Assembly (NCBI GenBank): GCA_965209055.1
Contig: OZ242374.1
Coordinates: 768,001 to 832,000 of the forward strand
Direction: 5' to 3'
Length of the DNA: 64,000 nucleotides
DNA from: Acidobacteriota bacterium
GTDB taxonomy: Bacteria; Acidobacteriota; UBA6911; RPQK01; JAJDTT01
Part shown: positions 1 through 9,665 of the stretch, piece by piece
How the letters are laid out: every line of letters begins with the position of its first letter
How positions within the stretch are numbered: position 1 is the first letter of the stretch
Position numbers and translations under genes: made by a program
Notes under the pieces: generated by a model
The model's database searches: none
Seen by the model: only the letters and a program-made list of their open reading frames with translations
Told to the model about the DNA's origin: nothing

Positions 1-158
1 AGATCGTGCCCTATGCCGACCGGGTGCTGGTCGCTCAGGTGTTCGACCTCAAGTCGCTGGATCCGGGAGATTACCGGTTGGAGATCAAAGTCGAGGATCG
101 GATCGCCGACGCGGACGTGGCCGGAGAAGCCCTCTTCCAGGTCAAAGTCCCGGACTAG
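1..158 (+). CDS. 3' end of a probable GWxTD-family protein (partial)
   Basis: Frame from nt 3 reads IVPYADRVLVAQVFDLKSLDPGDYRLEIKVEDRIA...FQVKVPD*, resembling the C-terminus of the GWxTD protein at 27031 (DDRVVLIQEMELKDLVPGTYRIMLQVQDQ). Confidence 0.55.
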   Translation, partial: IVPYADRVLVAQVFDLKSLDPGDYRLEIKVEDRIADADVAGEALFQVKVPD

Positions 159-220
159 TCATCGATTCACCCGGATATCCGCCGGTTGGGAGGCGCCGGT
201 TCCTCTTTGGGGCGCCGGCA

Positions 221-529
221 TCAATCCATGTGGAAGACTTCTTCCCAGGGTTCCGACTGCTGGGCCTGGATGCTGCCGTCGAAATAATCAGCCATGTACG
301 CATTCCAGCGCTTGACGACGTCTTTCTCCGCTAGCTCCCGGGCGGCTGCCGCGTAGTCCTCGGTTTCGAGGTAGATGATCACAGTATTTCCTCGGACGAA
401 ACAACTGTGATTCCTGATTCCCGCTCTGTTCCCCGCCTCGATCAACTCAGGCCAGACCTGCTGGTGGGCCTCCTTGTAGGCCTGAACCATGTCCGGCTTC
501 AGTCTCATAATGTAAGCGATACGTTCCAT
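221..529 (-). CDS. rhaM: L-rhamnose mutarotase family protein
   Basis: ~102 aa; MRLKP..YKEAHQQVWPEL..GIRNHS..RWNAYM..EEVFHMD family motifs; start could be up to 553. Confidence 0.85.
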   Translation of the reverse strand: MERIAYIMRLKPDMVQAYKEAHQQVWPELIEAGNRAGIRNHSCFVRGNTVIIYLETEDYAAAARELAEKDVVKRWNAYMADYFDGSIQAQQSEPWEEVFHMD

Positions 530-746
530 CGTCCCCATCCCAGTGTGTCGCAACGTTCGTGGACCGGCTCCCGCTCAGGACTCCGTCCAGTCAGTCTATC
601 TCAACTTGCGCCTTGGCGATTCGGCCGGAAAAACACCGGAAGCAGACTGAAGAATAGCGCAAGTTCGTCATATACTTTCGGCGCCGTGAGAGTCTCCGGC
701 TAACCAATTTGCGTCTTTCCGTCACGTCCGAAAGGAGATTCAAGTC

Positions 747-2186
747 ATGTCGTCAACACTTTACGCGGGTGTCGCCCGCAGGGTGATCAACCCCGAGATC
801 GGCACGGCCATGGGAGGGCTGAGGCTGTTCTCGAGTCCGATTCAGGCCATCGAGAGCGACTTGACGGGAACCGTCCTGGTGCTGTCGAACCAGGCCACCA
901 AGGTGGCCATCGCCGCCCTGGATCTTGCCGTGTTCTCTCCCTCGGAGGGCTTGGCGATGCGCGAGCGCATGGGAAACGCCATCGGTACTCCTGCGGCCAA
1001 CGTCATGCTCAATCTGAGCCACAACCACAGCTCCCCCTGCCTGCCCAATTGGGTTCCCGACACCGATGAGCAGATCCGGCTGAAGTCCCGATACCGGGAC
1101 GACTTGAGTGATTGGCTCGTCGAGGCGGTCCAGGAGGCCGATTCCCGTCTCCAACCGGCGCGGATCGGCGCCGGCTGGGGGGAGAGCGACATCGGCATCT
1201 ACCGGCGGGAGACCGGGACGGACGGCCGGGATGTGCTGGGCGAAGTGCCGGATCACCCCATCGACCCGGCCGTGGGTGTGGTCCGGGTCGACGATCTGGA
1301 CGGCAACCCCATCGCGGTCCTGTTCAGCTACGGCTGCCACCCGGTCACGGTGGGACCGCGTTCCATGGTGGCCTCGACCGACTTTCCCGGTCCGGCGCGA
1401 GAGGTGCTGGAGAAGTGCCTGGGTACGACGGCGATATTCCTGCAGGCGTGCGGCGGCAACATCAATCCCCGCCCCGGCATCGGCTACGAGGTCGATTGCC
1501 GGGACGTGAAGGGGCGAATCGGAATGGCGCTGGGGGGAGAAGCCCTGCGGGTCGCCAGCGGGATTCGAACCCACCTGGAGCCGGGAGACCGGATCCCTCT
1601 CGGCAACGTTCCCAACATCCTGTTCCGGCCCTGGCTGTCCGCGCAGGGGGACACCTGCACCTACCTGGGGGCCGTTGAAGAGACCATCGGGCTCGAATTC
1701 GGGAATCTCCCCTCCCCCGAGGAGGCCGGGCGGATCCGCGACCAGTGGAGCGCCGAGCTGGAGCGGCGGAAGGCCGGCAATGCCCGTCAGTGGGAGATTC
1801 GTGTCGCGGCCCGGTTTGCCGAGTGGTCCGAAAATCTGCTGGCGGCCGCCGAAGCGGACCATCCGACGCTGGACCTGGAAGCACAGGCCATCCGGGTCAA
1901 CGATATCGTCCTGGTGGGCATGAACATGGAGATCTTCTTCGAGACGGGACTGGCCATCAAGGCCCGGTCGCCTCTGAAGCACACCCTCCCGTTGGGTTAC
2001 ACCAACAGCTCCATCGGCTACCTGCCCCGCGAGGTGGACTATCCCGAGGGGGGCTGGCAACTGGGTGAGCTCTACCACGTGCCGGACCTGCTCTTCCAAT
2101 CCTATGGCGTGCCGGTCGCACCGCGGCCCGACGCCGAGGAGATCGTCGTCGATAGAGTGTCGGCGCTGATTCGGAAGCTGGCGTAG
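747..2186 (+). CDS. Neutral/alkaline ceramidase-like hydrolase
   Basis: SHNHSSP, YGCHPV, STDFPG, FLQACGGNINP, GYTN..GYLP motifs; AAAGGAG RBS. Confidence 0.75.
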   Translation: MSSTLYAGVARRVINPEIGTAMGGLRLFSSPIQAIESDLTGTVLVLSNQATKVAIAALDLAVFSPSEGLAMRERMGNAIGTPAANVMLNLSHNHSSPCLPNWVPDTDEQIRLKSRYRDDLSDWLVEAVQEADSRLQPARIGAGWGESDIGIYRRETGTDGRDVLGEVPDHPIDPAVGVVRVDDLDGNPIAVLFSYGCHPVTVGPRSMVASTDFPGPAREVLEKCLGTTAIFLQACGGNINPRPGIGYEVDCRDVKGRIGMALGGEALRVASGIRTHLEPGDRIPLGNVPNILFRPWLSAQGDTCTYLGAVEETIGLEFGNLPSPEEAGRIRDQWSAELERRKAGNARQWEIRVAARFAEWSENLLAAAEADHPTLDLEAQAIRVNDIVLVGMNMEIFFETGLAIKARSPLKHTLPLGYTNSSIGYLPREVDYPEGGWQLGELYHVPDLLFQSYGVPVAPRPDAEEIVVDRVSALIRKLA

Positions 2187-2191
2187 CCGCT

Positions 2192-3019
2192 CTACCCGGA
2201 AGAGCTCAGGTAGTCCATCCGTCCTCCGTCGACGGTCAGAATCTGCCCGGTCACGAAGCGGGCTTCGGAGGAGGCCAGGTAGGCCACGGCGGCGGCGATG
2301 TCGTCGGGTTCTCCGATCCGTCCCAGCACGCTGCGTCCGGCGAACTCTTGAATGACCCGATCCAACTCCCCAGGCGGGGTTTGCTGCACGAGCAGGTCGG
2401 TTCGGACCAGGCCGGGAGCCACGGAATTGACGTTGATGTTGTCCGGGCCCAGTTCCAGCGCGAAGCGTTTGGTCAGGTTCATGACGGCCGCCTTGGTCGC
2501 GCTGTAGAAGGTTCTGAGCGGGGAGATGTTGCCATAGCCGGCAATGGACGAGATGTTGACGATGGCGCCGGAACGCCGCTCTTGCATCTGCGGCAGGACC
2601 GCCCGCGTGCAGTTGATGATTCCCCGGACGTTGACGCCCCACATGGATTCCAGGTCCCGCTCCAGGTCGTCATCGGAGGCGTATGAGGTCAGGTCACCGT
2701 CGAGCACGATGGCGGCGTTGTTGACCAGGATGTCGATGCGGGAAAACCTCTCCAGAATCCGGTCGACCATGGCCCGGACTGCGGAGCCATCGGAGACGTC
2801 CGCTCGCACCGCCTCGGCCTTCGATCCCAGCCGGTTCACATGCTCGACGGTCTCGGCGGCGGCCGGCTCGTTGCTCACGAAGTTGATCCCGACCCGGGCT
2901 CCTTCCCGGGCCAGGCGCAGGGACACCGCCCGGCCGATCCCCCGGGACCCGCCGGTCACGAGGGCCACCTTGCCCCGAAATCTTCGACCTGGATTTCCTC
3001 TGTCGTTCTGCGCCGCCAT
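2192..3019 (-). CDS. SDR family oxidoreductase (FabG-like)
   Basis: TGGSRGIG, LVNNA, YSATK catalytic motif, VNSVAPG, TGQILTVDGG. Confidence 0.92.
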   Translation of the reverse strand: MAAQNDRGNPGRRFRGKVALVTGGSRGIGRAVSLRLAREGARVGINFVSNEPAAAETVEHVNRLGSKAEAVRADVSDGSAVRAMVDRILERFSRIDILVNNAAIVLDGDLTSYASDDDLERDLESMWGVNVRGIINCTRAVLPQMQERRSGAIVNISSIAGYGNISPLRTFYSATKAAVMNLTKRFALELGPDNINVNSVAPGLVRTDLLVQQTPPGELDRVIQEFAGRSVLGRIGEPDDIAAAVAYLASSEARFVTGQILTVDGGRMDYLSSSG

Positions 3020-3134
3020 CGGGCCTCTCGCGGGTAGCCTATCAGTCCCGTTTGCCGCCATCAAAACCATGACCTGAATCCAGTAGGAAGACTGTGCGCT
3101 GAGCAGAATTCGTTGCGATGGGCTAGAATGTTTC

Positions 3135-5546
3135 GTGTCCGATGAGCTCTCCGCCCCGGAGAGAACGGCCACATTCCAGCGCCGGAGATCCGGATCGCGA
3201 GAGAGCCTCAAGTTCAAGGGAGACAGTCCTTTGCCCTCTGTCAGACAGCGACTCGGAGTCTTGGCCTTCCTGACGGTGCTCGTCGCCGGGAATGCCCACG
3301 GCAATGACAAGGGCGTTCGCCTTCCCCACCTGGAAGCCATGCGTCCCATCGGGGGGCAGGCCGGCGCCCAGGTCGAGGTCGTACTTCTGGGAGACATGCT
3401 CTCCAACGCCGAGTCGGTGGAGTTCGATTGCGAAGACCTCGACTTCACCTTGGCGAAGGCGACGGCGGAACGAATCGAGGGAACGATCCGAATCTCCAGG
3501 GATGCCCCCCTGGGACAGCACATCTTGAGGGCCAAGACCAAGGACGGCTACACTACCGCCCTCTGGTTCACGGTGGGGCAATTCGATCCGGTTCCTGAAC
3601 AGGAGCCCAACGAGACTCTCGCCGGCGCTCAGGCCATTTCTCCACCCTGTGAGATCTACGGGACCATGGAGAAGAAGGAGCGCGATTTCTATTCTCTCCA
3701 GGCGAAGAAGGGAGACCGTTGGATCTTCGAAGTTCGGAGCATCCAGTACGGTTCCATGTTCGAGAGCTATCTCAACCTGCGAGACGAAACCGGGAGAGAA
3801 CTGGTCTTCAACGACGATCGCTCCGACTTCGATGTGAACTCGCTGATCGACCACACGTTCGAGAAGGACGGCACCTATTTCATCGAGGTCGATTCTTTCC
3901 GGGGCGTACGGGGGTGGGGTTTCACGAAGAACAACGGATACGTCCTGCGAGTCTCCCGAATCCCCCTGGTCGACCACGTCTCGCCTCTGGGAGGCCGCGC
4001 GGGCAGCCGGGTCACGGTCCGGCTCTCGGGTCAGGGCTTGCAGCAGGTGGAAGAGGTCTTCTTGTCACCGACCCGCCGGGGGGAACATGTCACCCTGACG
4101 ATTCCCTGGACCATGGACGTCCGATTCGCCGACGATTATTCCACTTCGTCGGAGATTCCCAGGGTGGAGGGGAAGATCCTGCGTCGAGCAGCCGAAGCCA
4201 TGGAAGTCGAGTTCCAACTGCCGGAAGAACCCCTGGGCGTCTGGTCCCTCTTTGTGGAGGACGAGAGCGGGATCGCGGATCCCAGGTATTTCGAGATCAC
4301 CCCGTCAGATGAGGTCGCGGAAATCGAGTCCAATGACCGGCGCGACGAACCGCAGGAATTGCCTTTTTCCGCCGGCAAGAACCTGGTGGTCAACGGCAGG
4401 CTGGAGCGGCGCGAGGTGACGGAGCTGAGTCAGGACAAGGATTTCTATGCCCTCGACGCCAAGAAGGGCATGCCGCTACGGATTCACACCAACGCCTACC
4501 AGCTCCTCTCGCCGAGTATCGACACCGTCGTCAGCCTGTTCGATACGGACGGAAAACTGTTGGCGGAGAGTGACGATCTGACGCACGGCCGCGGGTTCTA
4601 CACCGGAAGTGTCGACAGCAACCTGTATTACATCCCCGAACGGGACGAGAGGGTCGTCATCTCCGTATCGGACCGGGTCGGCCGGGGCGGTCCCGGGTAT
4701 GACTACCGTCTCCATGTGAAGTCGGAGGAGCCGGGTTTTCTCCTCGTCGTCTCTCCGCAGTTCGGGCTCCAATCGATCTCCCTGTCCAACTTCACCGTGG
4801 AGCAGGGGGGAGAGAGCAACATGGTGGTGGGCATGATCCGGATGCCCCCCAAGATTCATACCGACGATCCTATTCCCGCCGCCCTGGCCCCGCCTCCGGG
4901 GGCCGCAATGGAAGGGGAGGTTCGGGTCTGGGTCGAGGGGCTTCCGCCGGGAGTGACCGCCGAGGAGCATCGGTTTCGCGCCGATGAGGTCGTCGAGCCG
5001 GGGGGAGATGGAGCCACCTTCATGGTGCCGGAACGGCTGCTCACGATTCGCGCCGATGCCCAGGTGCCGCCTGGGACTTACCCCTTTCGCGTGTTGGGCG
5101 AAGTCGTTGGAAATGAAGGAATCACCGCAGTCGGCAGAGCCATGGACTCGATGGGCGGCATCACCGAGCTGTATAATTTTCCGTGCCGGCCCGTCGCCGA
5201 AACGGCTCTCACCGTCATCGAGCCGGGTGCCGTGACCGTTGAACTCGATGCGAAAGGGGACAAAGTTGTGGTGATGCAGGGAGAGACCTCCCTGGTCGGG
5301 ATCAAGAACCGGATCCCCGTGGCGACGGAATTGAAACCGGACGTCTGGCTGACGAATGCCCCTGAAGGTGTTTCGGCCCACCTGGAATCGGATCCGGAGG
5401 GGAACCTGCGTGTGGGCATCCGGGCGGCCGAGGAGACGGGGGTCGAGTCCACCGAGAATGTCTACGTCGAGTTCGACGTCGGCAGGCGAATCGTCTCGAG
5501 CCACCGCTTTACCGTCCAGGTCGTTGCGAGGGAGCATACGCCGTGA
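3135..5546 (+). CDS. Secreted pre-peptidase C-terminal (PPC) repeat protein of the DUF1553/DUF1501 cluster
   Basis: Signal-like segment; two EQEPNE/EIESND..D-Y PPC repeats; GRGGPGYDYRL; overlaps the next gene's start. Confidence 0.75.
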   Translation: MSDELSAPERTATFQRRRSGSRESLKFKGDSPLPSVRQRLGVLAFLTVLVAGNAHGNDKGVRLPHLEAMRPIGGQAGAQVEVVLLGDMLSNAESVEFDCEDLDFTLAKATAERIEGTIRISRDAPLGQHILRAKTKDGYTTALWFTVGQFDPVPEQEPNETLAGAQAISPPCEIYGTMEKKERDFYSLQAKKGDRWIFEVRSIQYGSMFESYLNLRDETGRELVFNDDRSDFDVNSLIDHTFEKDGTYFIEVDSFRGVRGWGFTKNNGYVLRVSRIPLVDHVSPLGGRAGSRVTVRLSGQGLQQVEEVFLSPTRRGEHVTLTIPWTMDVRFADDYSTSSEIPRVEGKILRRAAEAMEVEFQLPEEPLGVWSLFVEDESGIADPRYFEITPSDEVAEIESNDRRDEPQELPFSAGKNLVVNGRLERREVTELSQDKDFYALDAKKGMPLRIHTNAYQLLSPSIDTVVSLFDTDGKLLAESDDLTHGRGFYTGSVDSNLYYIPERDERVVISVSDRVGRGGPGYDYRLHVKSEEPGFLLVVSPQFGLQSISLSNFTVEQGGESNMVVGMIRMPPKIHTDDPIPAALAPPPGAAMEGEVRVWVEGLPPGVTAEEHRFRADEVVEPGGDGATFMVPERLLTIRADAQVPPGTYPFRVLGEVVGNEGITAVGRAMDSMGGITELYNFPCRPVAETALTVIEPGAVTVELDAKGDKVVVMQGETSLVGIKNRIPVATELKPDVWLTNAPEGVSAHLESDPEGNLRVGIRAAEETGVESTENVYVEFDVGRRIVSSHRFTVQVVAREHTP

Positions 5547-8182
5547 CCCTCAAACGCCGTAACGCCACGATGAAAACGGTCTACAGATCCGCCGCGACCC
5601 CCAAGTGCGCACGAATCCTACCGGGGGTTCTGGGGATCGCTGCAAGAGTTCTGACCAATTTTTGTCTGATCGGTTTTCTCGGTCTGGCGGTAGCTACGCC
5701 GAGCGCTGCGTCGGAGAATCGGGGAGAAACGGCGAAGCCGGACGTCTCTCAAGTCACCGAGCCGTCTGCGAGCGTTTTGTCCGCCCCGACAGCCGATCTG
5801 AAGCGTATCGACCTGGAGCCGAAGGACCTCGTTCTGTCTCATCCCGGCGCGACCCAACGACTTGTGGTCACGGGTTACTACGCCGACGGGACGGCCCACG
5901 ACGTGAGCCTCCTTTCCCGCTACGTCTCCTCCGCTCCTCAGGTCCTCTCGATCAGTTCCGATGGCGTCGTCCGGGCTCTGGCGCCGGGACGCGCCGAGGT
6001 GGAAGCGCAACTGGGAGAGGCCCGCTCCGGCCTCCAGGCTCGGGTCTCCGACCAGGCCGCGGAGGTGAGCATCAACTTCAGTCAGGACCTCCTGTCCATC
6101 TTTACTCAGAGGTCCTGCAACACTCCCACGTGCCACGGTGCCATCGGCGGACAGGCCGGCTTCAAACTCTCGCTGTTCGGCTATGATCCACAGGCCGACT
6201 ACCGGATGATCGTCGAAGCGGACCAAGGGCGCCGGGTCGATCTGGAAGACCCGGAAAAGAGCCTGCTTCTGATGAAGCCCACCTTCAGCGTGCCCCACGG
6301 TGGCGGCAAGCGGCTGACCCTGGAATCGGCCGAATACGAGACCATCGCCGGCTGGCTGAACCAGGGAGCCCGTTACAACTCGGACGGACCTCGGGTGACC
6401 GGCATCGCCATCTATCCCCGGGAACGGATACTCCTCGGCCTGGGGACCACCCAGCGCTGGGTGGTCTTGGGGACCCTGTCCGACGGAACCACGCGGGACA
6501 TGACCGGGGAGGTCAAGTACCAGGTGGGAAACGACAACGTCGTCCAGGTGACGCCGGAGGGTGATTCCAAGGCGGTCGGGCGGGGCCAGACTCACATGAT
6601 GGTCCGGGCCATGGGCCGGGTCGCGGTGGCCCGGGTCGGCGTCGTGGATGAGCCTCCAATGGCCGACTATCCTTCCCTGCCGACTCGCAACTTCGTCGAC
6701 GAGGCCATGCTCCGGCAGTGGAAAGAGCTGAATCTGGTCCCGTCGGAGATCTGCAGCGACGAGGAGTTTCTGAGACGAGTCTATCTGGATGTGATCGGGT
6801 TGCTGCCGACGGTGGAGGAGAGTGAGCGCTTCCTGGCGGATACCCGGACCGGCAAGAGGGCGGCCCTGATCGACGAACTGCTGGAGCGGGACGAGTACGC
6901 CATCTACTGGACGACCAAGCTCGGAGACAGTTTCCGCGTCCACCAGACAAACATTCCCAGTCGCGCGCAGGGCCTGCTGAAGAGATTCATCCGGACCTTT
7001 CTCCGCGAAGACCGCCCCTACGATGAGTTCGTTCGAGAGATATTGACCAGCACCGGAGACCAGGCCAGGAATCCTGCGGCCATGTTCTGGGCCCCCATGT
7101 CCAATACGGTTCTGGACGTCACCAATGTCAATCAGGTGACGACCACGGTCAGCCGCCTCTTCCTGGGGATCCGGATGGAGTGCGTGGAATGCCATAACCA
7201 TCCCCTGGAGAATCTGACCCAGGACGACTTCTTCGACTTGAGTGCGTTTTTCGGACAGTTGCGTCAGAAACGGGGATACGAGACCTACCGCCGAGTCTGG
7301 TGGCTGGACCCGAAGTCCCATTTTGTGCACCCGCGGACCAAGAAACCGGTGCGGCCCAGAGTTCCTTTCGAACCGGATTTTCCCGTGAGAGCCCACGGGG
7401 ACTACCGCAAGGACCTGGCGGCGTGGATCACCTCACCCGAGAATCCCTATTTCGCCCGGTCCATCGTCAACCGTATCTGGAGGGAGTATTTCAACCTGGG
7501 AATCGTGGAGCCCTACGACGATTTCCGAACCACCAACCCTCCCTCCAACGAGGTTCTGCTGGACGGATTGGCCCGGCATCTGATCGACAACGGATTTCGT
7601 TTGAAGGCGGTGCACCGGGCGATCCTCAATTCCGCGACTTACCAGCGGACATCCTCTCCCAACCCCCGGAACAAGCTGGACGATCCTCGCTTGTTCACCC
7701 GTTACAACATTCGAATTCTTCCCGCCGAGGCCATGCTCGACGCCTTGTCGCAAGTCACCGGAGTCGAACACTCTTTCAATGTCAGTCCCGAGGGGACCCG
7801 GGCCCAGGAGGTCATCTACCCCGACTACGCCGGTTATTTCCTGAGCATTTTCGGTTACCCGGAGCGCTTGAGCCTGGAGGAGCGGCCCAAGAAACCCACA
7901 CTGAGCCAGGCTCTCCACATGAGGTTCGGCGACACGGTCATGGACAAGGTCCAATCGGATGAGAATGTGGTGGCCAGGCTGCTCGAATCGGGCAAGTCCG
8001 ATCGCGAGATCTACGATCATGTCTTCATGAGCGCCTACAGCCGCAAGGCGACCGATCGCGAATGGAACCTCGCCTCCAACTACGTCGCCAGCATGGGTTC
8101 CCAGGGGGTGGAACGGAAGCAGATTCTTGATGACCTGCTTTGGACAGTGATAAACTCCCAGGAATTCCTGGTCAATCATTAG
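5543..8182 (+). CDS. DUF1549/DUF1553 protein with Ig-like (Big_2) domains
   Basis: CNTPTCHG, GFKLSLFGYD, SDEEFLRRVYLDVIG, FLGIRMECVECHNHP, NPYFARSIVNRIW, terminal EFLVNH. Confidence 0.9.
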   Translation: MTLKRRNATMKTVYRSAATPKCARILPGVLGIAARVLTNFCLIGFLGLAVATPSAASENRGETAKPDVSQVTEPSASVLSAPTADLKRIDLEPKDLVLSHPGATQRLVVTGYYADGTAHDVSLLSRYVSSAPQVLSISSDGVVRALAPGRAEVEAQLGEARSGLQARVSDQAAEVSINFSQDLLSIFTQRSCNTPTCHGAIGGQAGFKLSLFGYDPQADYRMIVEADQGRRVDLEDPEKSLLLMKPTFSVPHGGGKRLTLESAEYETIAGWLNQGARYNSDGPRVTGIAIYPRERILLGLGTTQRWVVLGTLSDGTTRDMTGEVKYQVGNDNVVQVTPEGDSKAVGRGQTHMMVRAMGRVAVARVGVVDEPPMADYPSLPTRNFVDEAMLRQWKELNLVPSEICSDEEFLRRVYLDVIGLLPTVEESERFLADTRTGKRAALIDELLERDEYAIYWTTKLGDSFRVHQTNIPSRAQGLLKRFIRTFLREDRPYDEFVREILTSTGDQARNPAAMFWAPMSNTVLDVTNVNQVTTTVSRLFLGIRMECVECHNHPLENLTQDDFFDLSAFFGQLRQKRGYETYRRVWWLDPKSHFVHPRTKKPVRPRVPFEPDFPVRAHGDYRKDLAAWITSPENPYFARSIVNRIWREYFNLGIVEPYDDFRTTNPPSNEVLLDGLARHLIDNGFRLKAVHRAILNSATYQRTSSPNPRNKLDDPRLFTRYNIRILPAEAMLDALSQVTGVEHSFNVSPEGTRAQEVIYPDYAGYFLSIFGYPERLSLEERPKKPTLSQALHMRFGDTVMDKVQSDENVVARLLESGKSDREIYDHVFMSAYSRKATDREWNLASNYVASMGSQGVERKQILDDLLWTVINSQEFLVNH

Positions 8183-8196
8183 GGATACCGCACACC

Positions 8197-9486
8197 ATGA
8201 GAATTTATCCTGCGGAGTTGTCCTGCAGCCCGTCGCGGAGGGACTTCATCCGCATCGGAATGGCGAGTCTGGGAGGCTTGAGTCTCGCCAGCCTGTTGCG
8301 GCAGCAGAGCGTTTTGGGATCGAAGAAGAGAGATCTCAACTGCATCGTGCTGTTCCAGGCAGGGGGCAACAGCCAGGTCGACACCTGGGATCCCAAGCCG
8401 GACGCCGAGGCGGAGATTCGAGGCTACTTCAAGACGATACCGACCGTGATTCCGGGGATTCAATTCTCCGAGCTGTTGCCCGAGTCGGCGAAGCGGCTCG
8501 ACAAATACGCGGTGATCCGGTCCATGTACTCGGACGATGCGGTCCACGAGAGCGCCCAGCAATACGTGATCAGCGGCACCAAGCGTAGAAACGACCTGGT
8601 TCATCCCGCTCTGGGTTCGGTCCTGGCCCATGAGTGGGGCTCTTCCGCAGGCCTTCCACCCTACGTCGCCATTCCCAGGAACAGCCGTTCCGGTGGAGCC
8701 GGTTTTCTGGGTTCGGTCTACGATCCCTTCCAGTCCGGAGATCCCAACCAGAAGACCTACTCGGTCAAGGACCTGACTCTGCCGCTGGGTATGAAGCTGG
8801 ATCAGGCCCGGGCCCGATCGGAACTCCTGAACGCCTTGGACAATCGTTTCCGCAAGGTGGAGAGATCCGGTCTGTTGGATCGGATGGATCAGTTCTCGCA
8901 GAAGGCCCACGACCTGGTGAGCTCGCCGGCCGCCAAGAAGGCCTTCAACATCTCCGAGGAGAGCGAAAAACTGAGGGACGCCTACGGGCACACCACGGTG
9001 GGGCAGGGAGCGCTGTTGGCTCGCCGGCTCATCGAATCGGGCGTTCGCGTGGCGACGGTCTTCCAGGGCGGCTACGACACGCACTTCGACAACAAACCCG
9101 GGATGGAGAAGGTCAACATCCCGTTCGATCAGGCCTTCGGCGCGCTCTTGGACGACCTCGAGAATCGAGGCCTGTTGGAGACGACGCTGGTCCTGGTCCT
9201 CTCCGAGTTCGGACGGACACCCCGCATCAACAACCAGGCGGGACGGGATCATTGGCCACGATCCTTTTCCGTGGCTCTGGCTGGAGCCGGAATCAGCGGA
9301 GGAGTGGTCGTGGGCAGCACCACGCCGACCGGTTCCGATCCCCACGACCGGCCGGTGTCGGTGGAAGACCTGGCGGTTACCGTCTACCGCATTCTGGGAA
9401 TCGACCCGGAACATGAATTCCATGCCGGCGGGCGCCCCGTCAAGATCGCCACAAACGGCACGTTCGTCCACGAGTTGTTCTCGTAG
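8197..9486 (+). CDS. DUF1501 domain protein
   Basis: SRRDFIRIG Tat-like motif, GGNSQVDTWDPKP, LLARRLIESGV, GYDTH, SEFGRTPRIN..GRDHWP. Confidence 0.92.
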   Translation: MRIYPAELSCSPSRRDFIRIGMASLGGLSLASLLRQQSVLGSKKRDLNCIVLFQAGGNSQVDTWDPKPDAEAEIRGYFKTIPTVIPGIQFSELLPESAKRLDKYAVIRSMYSDDAVHESAQQYVISGTKRRNDLVHPALGSVLAHEWGSSAGLPPYVAIPRNSRSGGAGFLGSVYDPFQSGDPNQKTYSVKDLTLPLGMKLDQARARSELLNALDNRFRKVERSGLLDRMDQFSQKAHDLVSSPAAKKAFNISEESEKLRDAYGHTTVGQGALLARRLIESGVRVATVFQGGYDTHFDNKPGMEKVNIPFDQAFGALLDDLENRGLLETTLVLVLSEFGRTPRINNQAGRDHWPRSFSVALAGAGISGGVVVGSTTPTGSDPHDRPVSVEDLAVTVYRILGIDPEHEFHAGGRPVKIATNGTFVHELFS

Positions 9487-9556
9487 GAGGGGGGACAGTC
9501 TTGTCCCCCTCTTCATCTCCAGGGGCGGGGACAGTCTTGTCCCCCTCTTCATCTCC
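9483..9556 (+). repeat. Tandem pair of GTAG-headed REP palindromes (family A)
   Basis: GTAGGAGGGGGGACAGTCTTGTCCCCCT, then a second GGGGACAGTCTTGTCCCCCTCTTCATCTCC copy. Confidence 0.8.
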
Positions 9557-9665
9557 GATCCGAAACCGTTGGCCGGGAAGTCTGTGCACCCAGATTCCCT
9601 TTTTCGGCCAGCATTGCGGGAGTCGGCGCGGGGTGGAGGCCTTCTTTCTGTCAAATAAGTCCGGG

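Noticed and set aside
9483-9556. Possible mini-CRISPR array (also 62165-62228)
   Set aside because: Only two units, spacers of a few nt, no cas genes; the units match the dispersed REP families.
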